A stretch of DNA of 64,000 bases, from NCBI GenBank assembly GCA_012295275.1, contig CM022671.1:18414001-18478000 (forward strand), in the 5' to 3' direction. Position 1 is the stretch's first letter; each line of letters begins with the position of its first letter. The DNA is from Chrysomallon squamiferum. Its lineage: Eukaryota > Animalia > Mollusca. Under the pieces are notes generated by a model. It did no database searches. It had not been told where the DNA came from and worked only from the letters and a program-made list of their open reading frames with translations. The translations under genes and the position numbers were made by a program. Below are positions 24,801-39,439 of this stretch, piece after piece.

Positions 24801-27800
24801 ATGTTTCGGGGTGTTTCACAAGTAAAGGCTTTTAATCCTGAATGTACATCCTCAAAGTCATCACAGAGTGCAGGCATGCAATAAAAAAAAGTTCAGTTGT
24901 AGCCAATACTCCAGTCCTCTCTTTGTAATGGTAACCCTATACGAACTATTCTGAAGTCAAATCCCTGAGTAAAACATCATACAATCAATTGATGTTATCA
25001 TTATATACACTGCAACATATTGTGTAAGCTTCTTAAAAGTTTCACGAGTTAATGGGCTTTGAAATTGGCAGCAATTTCTCTGCTTTAGAATGACTGATTC
25101 TCTGTTATCTTTAGACTGGAATAGAAACTACAGTCCATACCATCTGAATGTATTATCTTGTCTTGCAGGGCTTTGCAGAGTCTTAATTACTGATATTTAG
25201 AATGTGTCTTTGAAATAACAAGTCAGAAACAAGTGATAATATTTGTTCAATAAGGAAGGCAATTAGTCTGACTCTGTTTTATTAATGTTGATGGGTTTTA
25301 ATCCTTCAGAGTTTGCACAAGCCAGACAGCATTAAGATGGAAGATAGATGAAATTGCAAATACTGAACTCAAGAGTGAGCGGCATTAGCACTTTAATTAT
25401 ACTAAAATTCTAACCTAATCATGCAGATGGCCTTTCTGAAGAAGCCTGGATTTCTTTTTTCTTCTTTCTTTCTTTTTTCTTTCTTTCTCTTTTTTTTTCT
25501 TTCTTTCTTTTTTTTTTTTTTTTTTTTTTTTTTCTGTCATGGATGCTTTCTTATAGACATTCTTATTGGTTCATTGAATGACTCCCCTTAACAATCACTC
25601 ATCCAGTTAAAATAATCAACTGATGGTCCAGGCATATCTATACAGAATGCACAGACCAGGAACCCATGACAACCCTTATACAGTGTTACTGTGTTAGAAG
25701 ATTTGTTACAGAGAAGTTTTGCGTTTCCACAGATTATTCCTGGTAGAAACTGAAACAGTTTTTATGGTAATTCTACTAAGTCCGTGGTTCTCCTCTCAGC
25801 AGTAAAAAGTGACACGTAAATAAATACAATAAAGTAGCTCCATTTCTAGTAATATTTAGCTTATGTAAAGGTTTTTAAAACATTTTTAAATATTTAATTT
25901 TATCTTTTTTCTTTCTTTCTTTTTATCCCTTTCCTTTGTTGGTTTGTCTGAAACTTTCTGTCAGAATTTCTTGTTTTATTGTTCTAATGTTCTCTCTTTC
26001 ACTCTGTGATATTTCTCCATCTTCCTTTCTTTCATGTATTTTGTCTAACTCTTTCTTTGTTGATTTCTGTATTAAATCATATTTACAAATATTTAAGAAT
26101 TATTTACTACTGTTATTTCAAATTTCAAGTACAATATAAACACTGTTTTTTTTGTTTGTTTAATACAACAGATCTTCTCACAGTCACAATGACATTTTTC
26201 AGAACGCTGTTTTTTTTAAACAAAAAGATTAACTAATTACAGGATTGTGGTGAAATGGTGTAATTTTCCCATCCATGACATGTAATTTAAAGTATTTTTA
26301 TACTTCAATTTAAATTGTGTTTTAAAAAAAATTGCAGTTGCCTCCATTATCAGTCAAATATCAGATCTTTGCAAGAACCAAAGTGGTTGTCTCAGATAGT
26401 TTATCAGAATGCAGAAGTTAAACACAGTGATAGTGATTAAACAGGACAGTAAATACCATTTAATACTAATATCACATTTCAGAAGTGAACTGAGTAAACC
26501 ACAGTACAGAATGTATCAGTTAGTATTAATACTGCAATTCAGAATAAATTAGTGCTTAACAAAATTAGTGTAAAAAGTTAAAAACACTTTTTTTCTATCA
26601 TTGCAGTTAATGTTTTTTTTTTAGTTATTTAAATCTTATTACATAAAAGAAATTGATCTATATTATCATTTATTTTATTTCATTTTCTTTCATTTTGTTT
26701 TATTTATTGATTTATTTTAACCTACATATAAAATCTACATAAACATTTTTCTTCATTTCACAACCAATCACAATTTTCTTTTTATAAAATATGTTAAATT
26801 TTTATTCAATAATTCAGTTAAACTGTTACATTGCATCAATCTTTTTTTCCCTTTTTCCTTTCCTTCTTTCTGTTTTATATTCAAACTTTTTTTTTTTTTT
26901 TTTTCTTTCTCTTGTATCTGTTTCTTTTCTTTTATTGCTTTTTTGTTGTTTTAATTTAAACTTTTTCTTTTTTTTAAAACTGTCAACAGTTTCTTTCCAT
27001 TCTATTTTTAAAACACTCTTCTTCTCTTCTTCTTCTTCTTCTTCTAACTGCAATATTAAGGTCATCTGTCATGAATGGGAAAAAACCCACTGTCTCACTG
27101 TGATTAATACTAGACTTTATTATTACTAACACTTCATCAGTACTAATGTCACCCTGGGCTCTGTCGTGGATCAGAGAAAACACACTGCACGACCTGACGA
27201 GGTCAGGTTGCGAAAGAAAAACTGGGAAAGTCACCAGTTTGTCAGTGTTCCATTGACAGTGACACTGGCAATGCATCATGTTGTGCACACGTTCACTTCG
27301 TGTATCAGCTTGGATGGAAAACTCTCCACATCTGTCACGGTATTTTCTGAAAAGCTCAGATATTATCGACATTCCGAAAGGGGAAAGAAGTCGCAAACAG
27401 ACAGAAAAAAAAAAAAAAAAAAAAAAAAACTTTTTTTCTCACCACTGAAATGGATCTTTTTTTTTAAAATATTTATGACATCATGATTGTTTGATTCCAG
27501 GTTAGATAAGTTAGGTGTTTGAAAATGGTGTTTTATTCTCATTGTAACAAAGTTCAGTTAGATGCACGTATATTTTAACAGTGTACTTTTAGTTGTGAGA
27601 GAATACTGTAACATTGTTACCTCATTGTACATTACTTTAATAATACAATTATATAATGATAAATTTGTGTAAGTGTGTTTATTTCATTAAAATAACAGCA
27701 ACAACAATAGCAATACTGATAATAACTGAAACAAAGCAATGATAATAAAGGTAACAGTGCTAATTACAATAATATCAAAACAATAACGACACCAACAGCA

Positions 27801-28651
27801 ATAACAATAATAATAACAGTGTAAACTTAAACAAATAACAACAACAACAACAACAACACAAATAATAAAAATAATATCAACAACAGTCACGTAAATAAAA
27901 CTAAGAAAAAAACCCGTTTCAGATGAATACTGAATAACGACTCTTTACTTGTGATATAAAGAAACCAGTTTTCCAACGACCCTATCACTTCCATAATCAG
28001 TTCTGACGTCAGCCAGCTTCACAGCACAATGATTAAAATAAATAAAACTATTTACTTAAGATACCAGCTTACCAAAGCATGCACGCTAACTACTTCTACA
28101 CTAGTCTTACATGCACAAGTTAATTGGACAACAAGTAGCTGATTTCAAAAGAAGCAGTAACTTATATCGGCCATGGATACTGGGTAAGACTAAGTTGACA
28201 AGAAGAAAGTCTTGAAGCAAGCCACATTCTAATTGATTATGTTCTGATAAAACGTGGCTTAAACTTGTCAAACCTTGTATAAAGTGTGTAATTATGGCTG
28301 GGTGTGACATACAGATATTATGTTTAATGTGTCAGTGAGTCTGCTTGTTACTCACCTGATTATAGCTGTCTGGAGAGAAAAAGTGAGTGTAAATTTATAA
28401 CTTCATTTTCTGTTCTAAGGCTTGGGATTTAATTTAGAAATGTCCAATCATGGTGTTATTGTAGTACAGTTTTTTTATTTAAGTGTGTTTACGTGCATGT
28501 CTGTGTTTGTCACTGTATGTGTGTATATACATGTAGTTATATTTGTATGTATGACACTTTGACAGTATTAGTGCATAAGCACATTAATGCGTTCATCTCT
28601 GCATATATAATCTCATAGATTAAAAAAAAAAAAATGTCATGTTTGGTTACA

Positions 28652-28656
<5 letters not shown>

Positions 28657-28709
<53 letters not shown>
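28657..28709. repeat. (CA)n microsatellite
   Basis: Perfect run. Confidence 0.97.
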
Positions 28710-28710
<1 letters not shown>

Positions 28711-29159
28711 TCACATAAGCCAATATATAATCATTTAGAAAGTAGATTCATTTACTGAAAAATATTTATGTCAACCTAAAAAATAACTCAGAAAAACTGG
28801 CAGCAAAACAATTTAAAAAAAACCCCCATTAATTATGCAATTAACCAACATAATTTCACATCATTAGCTTTTTCAGTTTCTTGGGTTTCAAAACACTGTA
28901 TTTTAATTTCACTTGAGTATCATTTCATTACAAAAGGCCAGTATTAATATTAATCATTCACACAGGGCTGTAGTCTATCATCGTGAGAACTCTACCAGTT
29001 TATTTATCTCGTTAGCTACCATTCACCCATGTCATATTTCATTAACACACAATACACTTCATATTAAATAGCTTATTATACAGAGTTAGGCATATTTATT
29101 ATATTGGCCAACACAACAGCCCTCACTTCAAAAAACAAGGAAAAGAGAAAAAAAAAAAG

Positions 29160-29470
29160 CTGCCTGAATTAATGACTTTTAATATAAAAGAGTGGCAATG
29201 GCTAGAAATTTTATCACATCTAATATGCCGTGGTATGCAGAAAGGAGATAGGGACGCTGATTATGGTGATCTTGTGAGGGAAATGGCCGCCCGCTGGATT
29301 TATCACAGAATTGTGTGGCATTTCGCAGTCAGGTCTGAGCGAACTGTGATTTATGCTTATTACGCGGATATTGATGCTGCATTAATTCAAACGCTTTCTC
29401 CCCAAATCAATACCGTGATGTGTTGTGACAGGCCTCTGTACTTGAGTGAGTCTCTAGGTGAATGAGCTGG
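29160..29470. promoter_or_regulatory. CpG-retaining island, candidate enhancer or conserved non-coding element
   Basis: About 10 CpG in 29227-29415, plus several TGATT(T)AT and TAATT motifs. Confidence 0.4.
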
Positions 29471-29483
29471 CTGGCTGACTGGC

Positions 29484-29503
29484 TTGTTTGTTTGTTTGTT
29501 TGT

Positions 29504-29554
<51 letters not shown>

Positions 29555-29556
29555 TT
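29484..29556. repeat. (TTTG)n(TTTA)n microsatellite
   Basis: Seen directly. Confidence 0.93.
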
Positions 29557-30887
29557 ATTTCAGTATATTTATTTATTTATGATTTGTGTTTATTTATTTA
29601 ATTATTTATTTATCTATCTATCTGATTTGTTTTATTTATAAATAAAATAAAAATTAATACACACAGACACACACACACATACAAAAAACACATACATATA
29701 CATACACAATCAGAGACATGTATAAACACTGCAACACCTAAAAACATTATTTTTTCACTTTTTTTATTATTTATTTATTTTTATGAAAAGTCTTTGTTTC
29801 TGTGACAAAAGACATGCAACAAAAATACCCTGAAAGCAGAAATAATAATCATGAATGTCTTTGACATCTTTGCTTCAATTAATCTCTGTAAATTATTAAT
29901 ATTTCCCATAATTGAGTTATAATGTGCTCTGCCATTAATGAAATTGGTTTACCCTGGCAGGTATTCCAAGTAATTAATAAAGCAAAACAGAGCAATCGAT
30001 TGATGGAAAATGCGAATATGGTCTTTTCTAAGCAATAAACAAGACGCTAAGTTGGCCAGTTATGTTGCAGCTGAGTGATTATTTTTGTGTTCATCATCTT
30101 AATTAGCTTTTTTTCAAAATTATTCATACTGCAAAAGAAAATGATTTTTTTCTTCTAAAGGAAAACAGTAAATATAGATTTATGAATTGTGTGTGTGTTG
30201 TTAATTAAGCTTTTGTGTGGGTATGTTGAGAACTGAGGTAAGACGTCGAATGGGTAGGGATGGAGAGATGGTAAGAGAAGAGTGAATGAGAAAAGGCAAG
30301 AATAGAAGAATGAAAGACATTATATATTTCAATTGAAATAATTTTGTAGGATAGAATTTTTTTTCCTACTACATCTGTATTTTTACCTCTGTTCTTTCAA
30401 TTTATTTGTCATCCTTTTATTTCATTTTTGTTCAAAGAAACACATTTACAAATAAACACGTATAAACATACTCGGATATATACAGTAAATAAACAAAATA
30501 ATGATACAAACTAGCAAACATACAGATACTGATATATATATTAAACATTTTTTATCTGAACAGTGATGTGGAATTCACCATTTATTTAGGACTTTGTCTT
30601 CTTCTTTTCCTTCCATTTCTTCTTCTTCTTCTTCTTTGTTCTGTCTTCATCTTTCAGCTGAATCTTCCCATTCAGATAGACAGACAGACAGCTTTGAAAT
30701 TTGATCATGTAAACTCATCTACTAGCTGTGCTGTTTATTTTATTAAATCTTTGCTGTTGCTGTTGTGTATTTGTCTGTTTTTGTTTGTTTTCAGTGTACC
30801 TTTCAGTCGATATATAAAATAGTCTGTGTATGCAGTTTAATATGTTTGTGAGTGAGTCTTATTTTTTTATTTTTTTCTGTTTTACAG

Positions 30888-30936
30888 ATTGAAGATGGAA
30901 TGTTAATGTTTGACAAAACTACCAACAGACACAGAG
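30888..30936 (+). CDS. MSI: Musashi-family RNA-binding protein, next coding exon (RRM2 up to the start of RNP1), 49 bp, phase 0/1
   Basis: Translates as IEDGMLMFDKTTNRHR plus G, matching the Musashi motif (V/I)EDAMLMFDKTTNRHRG, and is in frame with exon 11557-11649. The acceptor is ttttttctgttttacag ending at 30887 and the donor is gtaaga at 30937. Confidence 0.96.
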
Positions 30937-31531
30937 GTAAGATTTCAATTTTGTTTTAATTTTATTTTTATTTTTCTACAATATTCATCATTTTCTCTTC
31001 TTCTTACTTTTTACTTTTATTTATTTTAATGTGCTTTCAACTTATCCTGGAGATAATATCGTGGAATTCTAGTGGATTTGTATGTGGTTTTTCTTGTTCA
31101 AGTCCTTCATGGAAAAGACATTATTAACAAAACTGAAGTGATGGTATTTAAAACACATTTAAATGTCAGTGATACATGCACTGTTATTACTGATACATCC
31201 ATTGTCTTCACTGATACACATAAAATAACAATAACAAAAAACATTACTGGCAATACTCCATTTAAATACAAGCTTATCTCTCCAGACATCTGATTTTAAG
31301 ACAACAAAAAAAAAAAAAAAAAAGAGATAAGAAAAACAACAACATTAGCTAGGATATTTTCATATTTTCTATCTAATAAACTATTGATTTGAATCTGTGG
31401 GTGTGTAATATGAATGGTATAATATAATATATAGGTCATAGGAATCAATATGGCAGTCTAAAGATGATGAATTTCTTCTTCTTGTTTAAATGCCATGATT
31501 TCTTCTTTTTTCTTCTTTTTTTTTTTTTATT

Positions 31532-31562
<31 letters not shown>

Positions 31563-31677
31563 TTGTTAATTAGCTTCTGAAACTTTAATTGGATAGTGAA
31601 TGATACCCTTTAAAGCTATATTATGAATTATTCTGTCATAAGTTTATGGTACTGGATGTAATTTTAGTTTTATTAAT

Positions 31678-31678
31678 A

Positions 31679-31709
<31 letters not shown>

Positions 31710-31737
31710 TGTGTGTGTGTGTGTGTGTATATATACA

Positions 31738-31791
<54 letters not shown>
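31678..31791. repeat. (TTA)n-(TG)n-(TA)n microsatellite cluster
   Basis: Seen directly. Confidence 0.93.
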
Positions 31792-31795
<4 letters not shown>

Positions 31796-31847
31796 TTTGT
31801 ATGTGTGTTTATTTAAATATATCCTTTTATTAACTACATTTCATTTT

Positions 31848-31977
31848 ATTGGTGTTCCAACATTCCTTAATTTTCTTTGAGCAGTATATTCTGTGTGATG
31901 ACATTCTTGTTACACTGGTGTCCCACATTCCTTAACTTGGTTTAAGCAGTATATTCTATAGGATGATATTCTTGTTA
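31848..31977. repeat. Diverged tandem duplication of about 66 bp
   Basis: tggtgt..cacattccttaa...agcagtatattct...gatga.attcttgtta starts at 31850 and 31916. Confidence 0.85.
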
Positions 31978-33087
31978 GCAGCATATAATTACAATTTCCT
32001 AGTGTAAAAAAAAAAAAAAAAAAAAAAAAAAGCCAATTAAAAGGCATTTATTATGTGACCACTGTTTGTTTCATAACTTGTTTGTAAATCCAATATGGAA
32101 GATGGAATGTATTGTTGTCTATATTGTTGGATACAGTCACACTAATGATGTACTGCTGCATATATTAATATCGAATACAGTCATAGTAAAGATCTGCTAC
32201 TGTTGATTCTAATATCTCATAATCATACTGAAGGTATGCTATTATTGTATCATCTGATACAGCCAAAGTAAAGATGTACTAATGCTGAACATATCTAATA
32301 TAGTCATCTGTTACTGGAATTTTCACTTGCCTGTAATATACCATGGATTTTCCAACAACTGTCAAAATTATCAGATATGGTCATTCACACACACACACAC
32401 ACACACGTATCCACACACATATTATTAAATACAACTGCGACAACAAAGTTTGGTTTGGTTAGGTTTGGCACTGCATACAGGAGCAGATATGAAGGAATGT
32501 AATATTAGCAAGAAGATAAAGTTTCATTAAAGGGTGGGTTCCAATCTGTCTGACAACTGAGTAAATAGAGGGGCTGGGAATGCTTGTTTGGAAGATGCTT
32601 TCAAAAATCAGTCTGTGCAGTGGATCCGGTTTCCCTCTAACAGTCGCAGGATGTTCTCTGTTTCACACAAAAAAGCCTAAGTTACAAAACATCTGCTCTG
32701 TGACCTTAGGGAGTGATTGAAAACAGGAAAAACATCACCACTGGAGAGGGTATCTCAAGATCCAGATCTGCTTTGTGTTTTTTTGGTGTGTGTGTGTTTC
32801 TTTTCCTCCTCTTAATAATGCCCTCCCTGACGATTTTAAAGCTTTTTAATTGCTACTCATTAACCTAGATTTAAATCCCATTGAGACTGGTATTATCTGT
32901 TTTAGATGATAGAATCATGACAAAGTGTTCTGCTTAATAACCTGTGATTTTACTTTTAACATCTGTATTGTAGCTTATGTATGGCGTTAAATGTAACTAC
33001 ACGTTTTCATCACCCAGTTTCTTCTGTTGCTTGCTTGGTTTTGTTTTTGATTTTTTAAGTCAACTTATTCTTACAAAGATTCTGTGG

Positions 33088-33129
<42 letters not shown>

Positions 33130-33935
33130 GATATTAAGTAGGCTGATAGGTATCTTTTGCTGTTTTTTTTTTTTTTTTTTTTGTTGTATTTTTTCACCTG
33201 ATTTTTTTAACTTTGTATTTTTGCTCATTTTTCTTTATTTATTTATTAAAATTGTGATAATAAATTTTTAAAATAATAATGACCACTGTAAAATACATGC
33301 CCTTTAAAATTATGACAGTAAAAAATTAAATTAAAACATCATATAATTTACAAACATGAACATCAAATTACATTTTTTCTCTCTTCAAAAACATAATGGT
33401 AATAAAAAGTTACCATATTATTATCAAAATGTAGTTTATGTCTGTAGCACAAAGCTGTTTGTTCATAAAAGAAATAACTTACAGAAAATGAATCACAAAT
33501 TACTTTTTATATCTCTTAGAAAATATGGTAATTTAAAAAAAGAACTATACTACATGCATTGTAAAAATACTAATTTTTATGGTTTAATGCATATTAAAGT
33601 CAGTCATGCATGAAATAGATAAGAGTAAAACCAGAAAAGAAGAACAAATAGCTTTTTTCACATAAAGAAGTGTTATAACAAAAAATATAATAATAAAATA
33701 ATAATAATACTGTTATAAAAACATATTTATGATCTAAAACACATTACAGCCAATGGTAATATATAACTCATATTACAAAACTGTAAAAAAAAAAAAATTA
33801 CAGATGTTTTACCCTAAAAACACTCCATAAAAAAATTGTATAATTAAAAAAAAAAAGAAAAAAATGGCCAAGACTATTACAATAAGTTGTTTATGATGGA
33901 AAGCCAATGGTGACAACATATCAGCAATAAACAGT

Positions 33936-33966
<31 letters not shown>

Positions 33967-34429
33967 AAGAGAAAGAGAGAGAGAGAGAGAAAGAGAAAGA
34001 GAGAGGGAGACACACATACACACACTAGACTGTGGTTTTTTTTTCAACAAAGAACCAGACTTTGATCTATGGCTCATCGTTTCTCCAAAGACATTATGAA
34101 TAGTTTGGCTGGTTGCTAATGGCCATAATAAAACCATGTACAGATGTGAAGAAACATTCACACAGCCTCTCTCAGCCCACAGAGCTTGTTAGCAATTCTT
34201 CAGTCTGCATGCCTGGCATGGCTAGTTCCAAGAAATTAACATCAGGATGCCGGCTTATTAAAACCAATGGCTCTTCTGTCAGATGTGTGGGTTATTGCCA
34301 CAATTCATGAACTGTAAAGATATGGGAAATATCCACTTATTATTGCTAGCTAAAGAGCTCGGAGGTGCGACGTGCAAGTTGGCCCTGTTACAGGTGTGAT
34401 GTGCAGGTATTTTTCTGCTGCTCTTCAAC

Positions 34430-34980
34430 AGGTGTCTCGTATTTTACAATACCTGTCTTATAACTGCTCGTAATACCTCGCGTTTTGCAGTACCTGACGT
34501 GTTATTACTCACAGCAAATCATGTTTTGCAGTACATTATTGTTACTCAAATGTCTCATATTTTTCAGCACAAAACATGTTATTTTGCAGTCATCTACTCC
34601 ATATTACAGTGTCTCATATTTTGCATCACTGTCTCCATATTACAGTGTCTCATATTTTGCATCACTGTCTCCATATTACAGTGTCTCATATTTTGCATCA
34701 CTGTCTCCATATTACAGTGTCTCATATTTTGCATCACTGCCTCCATATTACATGTGGTGTTTCATATTTTGCAATATCTGTCTCAATGTTACTCACAAGC
34801 TCATATTTTGAAATACCTGTCTTATTGTTACTCGCAGTATCTCTATTATGCAATAGCTTTCTCCATATTACTCAGTGTATATATTTTGTAAAAACTATCT
34901 CCAAATTCTTTATTCAGTGTCTCATATTTTGCAATCACTGTCTGATTGATATTACTCACAGTGTTTCATATTACTGTAAC
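34430..34980. repeat. 36-bp minisatellite (ctccatattacagtgtctcatattttgcatcactgt), 4 near-perfect copies at 34597-34750 plus diverged flanks
   Basis: Direct repeat. It gives 12-aa periodicity in all three + frame ORFs. Confidence 0.95.
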
Positions 34981-36305
34981 TAATCATGCTTTCTTCTTTT
35001 TTTTTCTTTTTTTTAATTTGTTCTTTTACGGTTTTTTAAACCTTAGATCTATGTTTTCACACTGTAGTTCTATAAATTTTCAAATCATTGGTCTGGTTTA
35101 GTCCTGTTAACAATTCAATGGCTATTTTTTGCATAAAGAGGTTAAGTTTCCATGTTTTAAATATGTTGTTTGCTTTTATTTGTCTGCTGTAGTGATTTAT
35201 TTATTTCATTTTTATTTTGACAGTTAATTTTTCTTTGATTTACAATTACATTGTCTGATTCAAACTCAACTGTCTCTGGTTTCTTAACGGTATAACTTAA
35301 TACTGTTGTTTTGTTGGAATTTTTCTTTTCTTTTTTCTTTTTTGTTTTTTCTTTCTTAAGAGATAGCTTATTTGACAGTTGTACTTCTTTTTCATTTAAA
35401 ACAGTACTGCTATAATTATTTATTTATGTATTGTTATTTATTTGTATTGACATTATTATTATTGTCACTACCGCTAATGCTGTTACAAACATTAAACCAT
35501 TTAGCCAAGTTTATTTATGAGCTGGTGTTTTGTTAAACAAACATATATATATATACAAACTACCTTAAATAGTTGTTTATATATTGTCATTTATTAGTTT
35601 TATTATTGTCATCATCACTGTTATAAATCAACTTTTACAGCATCTGCAACCACAACAGCATTAACAATCTTAACTATTTTTGTCATCATTTATCATCATT
35701 GCTTAATATCGGTGTTTTTGCTTTACATTTTATTTCTTCATGTTTTGTTTTATGTTTTAAAAAAAGTCAAATCAATATGCATTGTCTGTCACCTCGTCCT
35801 TGTGTGTCCCTGAGATAACACCCTGTTCAATTAACTGATCTGATTTCACTGCTCCCTGGTGTTCATTCTGATTGTTTAACTTCTGAAAAAACAGTTTATA
35901 CTGTGCAGTGGTGTGTGCAGTGTCACACAGAAATTAGAGTATATATAAAAAATATGCCACATCGTGAGATCCGTCCTCTTTCGTATACTGGTTGACCTTT
36001 TTTCCCATTCCAAACTGTGGCTCATGACTTGTTTGTTAAATGTGGTGGTATGAAGACTGGTGTCTGTGGACCAGTTGTCTTGTTTGATGTACTGTGAATG
36101 TATTATGAATGTTTCAAAACTGGAATGGGTGATTTTTCACTATGCAAACTTATATTTAAATTAATTTAAACAGGTGATATTTCTGTTTATATTGATATTT
36201 ATCATAAATATAGCTATTTTAGAAGTCTGTATAATATTGAAATACACATACACACTGACATACACACATAAACAGTTACTTTCATAGCTTGCAAAGAAAT
36301 CTACA

Positions 36306-36345
<40 letters not shown>

Positions 36346-38429
36346 CAAAGCCTCTGCCCAGGAAAGGCATGCATGATTAATTCTGAGATGGAATCGTGTT
36401 ACGACTGATCCACACAACAGACCACTGACCTACCTTGATGAGATGAAAGTGATAAAGTTGTATTTCACCTGCAATTATCGTCAGCTCCTCAAAAAAGGCA
36501 TTAAGTACTTCCATTTCCGGGAAGGCTATTCAGAGGTCTGTGTGTGCAGTCATCCATGCTTCAGTTATCATGTTCATAAACATTTTCAGACCGATATCTC
36601 TGATGAAATTAATCTCTTCTATTGAGCTGAAATTTGTTCCAAGCCTTGACAGGATTAGGACTATCGTCAGTGGATCTAAAATAAATGTTTTTGCAGAGTT
36701 GTAATTGTCTTGTTTTTCTTGAGTCAAAATGAAATCTAATCTGCAAAATGTTATTTCATTTAAATAAGAACATATATCATGTTAATTTAAAATCCATTAA
36801 CTTAATTCACTTTTTTTTTCTTTTTTTTTTTTTAATTCATTTCTTCAGTTGTCTATAGTTAATGAAGACATGTTAGATGAGGTTGGATTCAATTAACATG
36901 AAGAACAAAATGAACTCAGTCGGTATATGATTGTACATAACATGTGAAAGTTACATTAACACAAACACTGTCTCACACAAACATAAATATCCATATATTA
37001 CATGCCCACAGACATAAAAATACTTGTACATTCTTTCAGACATGAAGATACACATATGCAAACATACATAAACACACACACACACACATGCACGCACATA
37101 TACAAAAGATACTGATGTATCTTCAACAACAGACATATAACCAACATATAAATACACAAACAGACAAGACAGGTATACACAAACACCAATCATACAACAC
37201 AACCACACACAGACAAACACATAAACAAACTAATAACCACCCATCAACTGCTGAAACATAAACACATGCCAGACATGCAGACAGACAAACAATTACCTGT
37301 TATGTAACTGACAGGTAGTTAATGGAGAGCCAAGGCCATTAAAGGCATCATTAACCTATTAACACGTTTAATCTGCACTATCTGTAATACACAGCAGCCA
37401 TTGTCTCACAGTGATTTAAATCTCTTCCATTTTTGCACCGGCGATTTATTTATTTTCACATTCAAACCGGTGCTCCAGTACTTGTGTTACAAAAGACTAA
37501 GTCATTTTATTTCCAAGAAGAAAATTATTTAAAATAATAATAATAATAATAATATTCATCATCATCATCATCATTTGTCATCAACATAATAATCTCATTT
37601 AAAGGATAGCTTATTTTATCTTTGTTATTTGAGTTTCAGCTGGAAAAATACACATAAATAATAAATAAAATTAAAATCTTGAAAACTTAATTAAAATGTC
37701 AGTTGAATCTTTACAACTGGTGAGGTAATACACAAAAAAAAAAAAAAAAAAAAAAAAAAGACTGATTAAGTGAACTGAAGAAATCTAAAAAAACTGCTTT
37801 GTGGTGAAAAAAGAAAAAAAATGTATAATTTAAAAAAGTAAATAAATAAACAAATTATTAACAGTAATAAAAAATAAGTAAGAGCAAATAAATAAACAAA
37901 TAATTAACAATAATAAATAAATAACAACTGTAAAGAAATAAAAGTAGATAAACAAATAAATAAATAAATAAACATATAAATAAGTATACCAAACAAAAAT
38001 TTTAAATTTTAAATTAGGCTAATAACAGTAAAAGTATTCAAAAAGGAGAAAAAAAGACCAATGTATATATGTATAGATAGATAGATAAATATATATATAT
38101 AAAAATATATGGTATAGACTAAAATTTTATTTAACTCCAAAACTCACTGTTTAATTTCATTCTCAGAAAGACAGATGTATTTGACTGTTGATCAGTGTTT
38201 GCAAATACAAGTCTTATTCACATCAAAAACTGGTGTGTGTCAGAGCAGAATCGATGAAGATTTAACTTATTCCAGCCACACTCTAATCAAACCAAGCTGA
38301 ATGCTTCTGATAAGCAATGGTTGAATTTAGATTTGTCTTTTCATTAAGCTTAACACTGAAGTTTTCAGACTGTCATATCTTTGTCAGATTTTGCGTTTTC
38401 GCTTCTGGATCAAGAATGAAATATCTGTC

Positions 38430-38790
38430 ATAATAATCTAAAGGATTTTTATTAAAAACAAAGATCAATCTAGTTATATAATTGTAAAGGGTATTTGATT
38501 TGAAAAAAAAAAAAAAAATCATGTTATAAAGATTGTAAAGAGTATAGATTTTAAAAAACAAACTTTGACATAAAGTTTTAACTAGTATTGATTTGAAAAA
38601 AAAAATAATATAGATTTCAAAAATGAAATCTTGATATAAAGTTGTAACTAGAAATGGTTTGAAAAAGTGGAAAACTTTTAAATTCTAAAGAACCTTTGTT
38701 TGATAAAAAAAATGAAATTTGTTCTAAAATGGTACAGTGCACTGGTTTGAAATCTGTTTTGTAAAGAAAATGGGTTTGTATTTAAATGTT
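38430..38790. repeat. Decayed AT-rich array (ttgtaaagagtatagatttgaaaaa-like)
   Basis: Recurring ttgtaa and gatttgaaaaa words. Confidence 0.6.
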
Positions 38791-39439
38791 TTTTTTAAAA
38801 ATGAACCAAAATTTAATAAGACGTTCTAAAGAGCACTTGTTATAATTCTAAAGAATTTTTCTTTAGCCATCTTTCCCTTTTCTTTCCTTAATAAAATAAA
38901 ATTGTTGATAATAAAGAGCACTCTAGTTTTTGCTTTCACAAAGGTTTCTTGTGAAATTATATTTTTTGAAAGTATAATTACATCTTCTTCAAAAAAGCGA
39001 AACAAAAAACCGAAACTCTTTAAGAGTTGTTAATATAATCTTTGTCAAGTACTTTGTTGTTATTGTCATTGAAATATTGATTCTGATGTTGACTCGGGAT
39101 AACACTGAAATTGGTTTTTGGTATTTTCTCTCAATGGTCCTCCTCATGCTGTGGACTGTTTGGATTGTTCTTCGGCATGAAAGGGAATTTAGTTTTCTAT
39201 TAATGTCATATCAAATCACAGGCTGCAAACAGAAGCCTTGATCCGACACTAAAATCAAAATAAAAAATCCTAATGGTCTTCCTCAATGAGTGTTTTTATT
39301 GAATCACACTTAATTCGTCAAAAGGTTTTTCCTTCATTTTTTTTTTTTTGGTTTTTCGGTTTTTGTTTCATCACTCTTTTAATCATGTTTTCTTCTCTTC
39401 TTTTCTTTGTTTCTTTCGTTCTTTTCCTTCACTGTTTCC

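Larger units (their letters stand above)
11650..30887 (+). other. MSI: Musashi GT-AG intron, 19,238 bp, phase 0
   Basis: Runs gtgagt...ttttacag and joins two exons that are contiguous in the Musashi protein. Confidence 0.92.

Noticed and set aside
30795-30851. Acceptor-like tttcag sites and tandem gtgagt donors just upstream of the 49-bp exon (possible mutually exclusive exon)
   Set aside because: No site combination gives the required 0/1 phase (lengths 41, 45, 53, 57), there is no similarity to the real exon, and the residual intron would be only 36-40 nt.
34485-34983. Three overlapping 108-135 aa ORFs with 12-aa periodicity
   Set aside because: Artefact of a stop-free 36-bp minisatellite.
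37291-37342. Two small adjacent hairpins (12-bp stem with G:U pairs, and a 7-bp stem)
   Set aside because: Too short for a pre-miRNA and within chance expectation for 64 kb.
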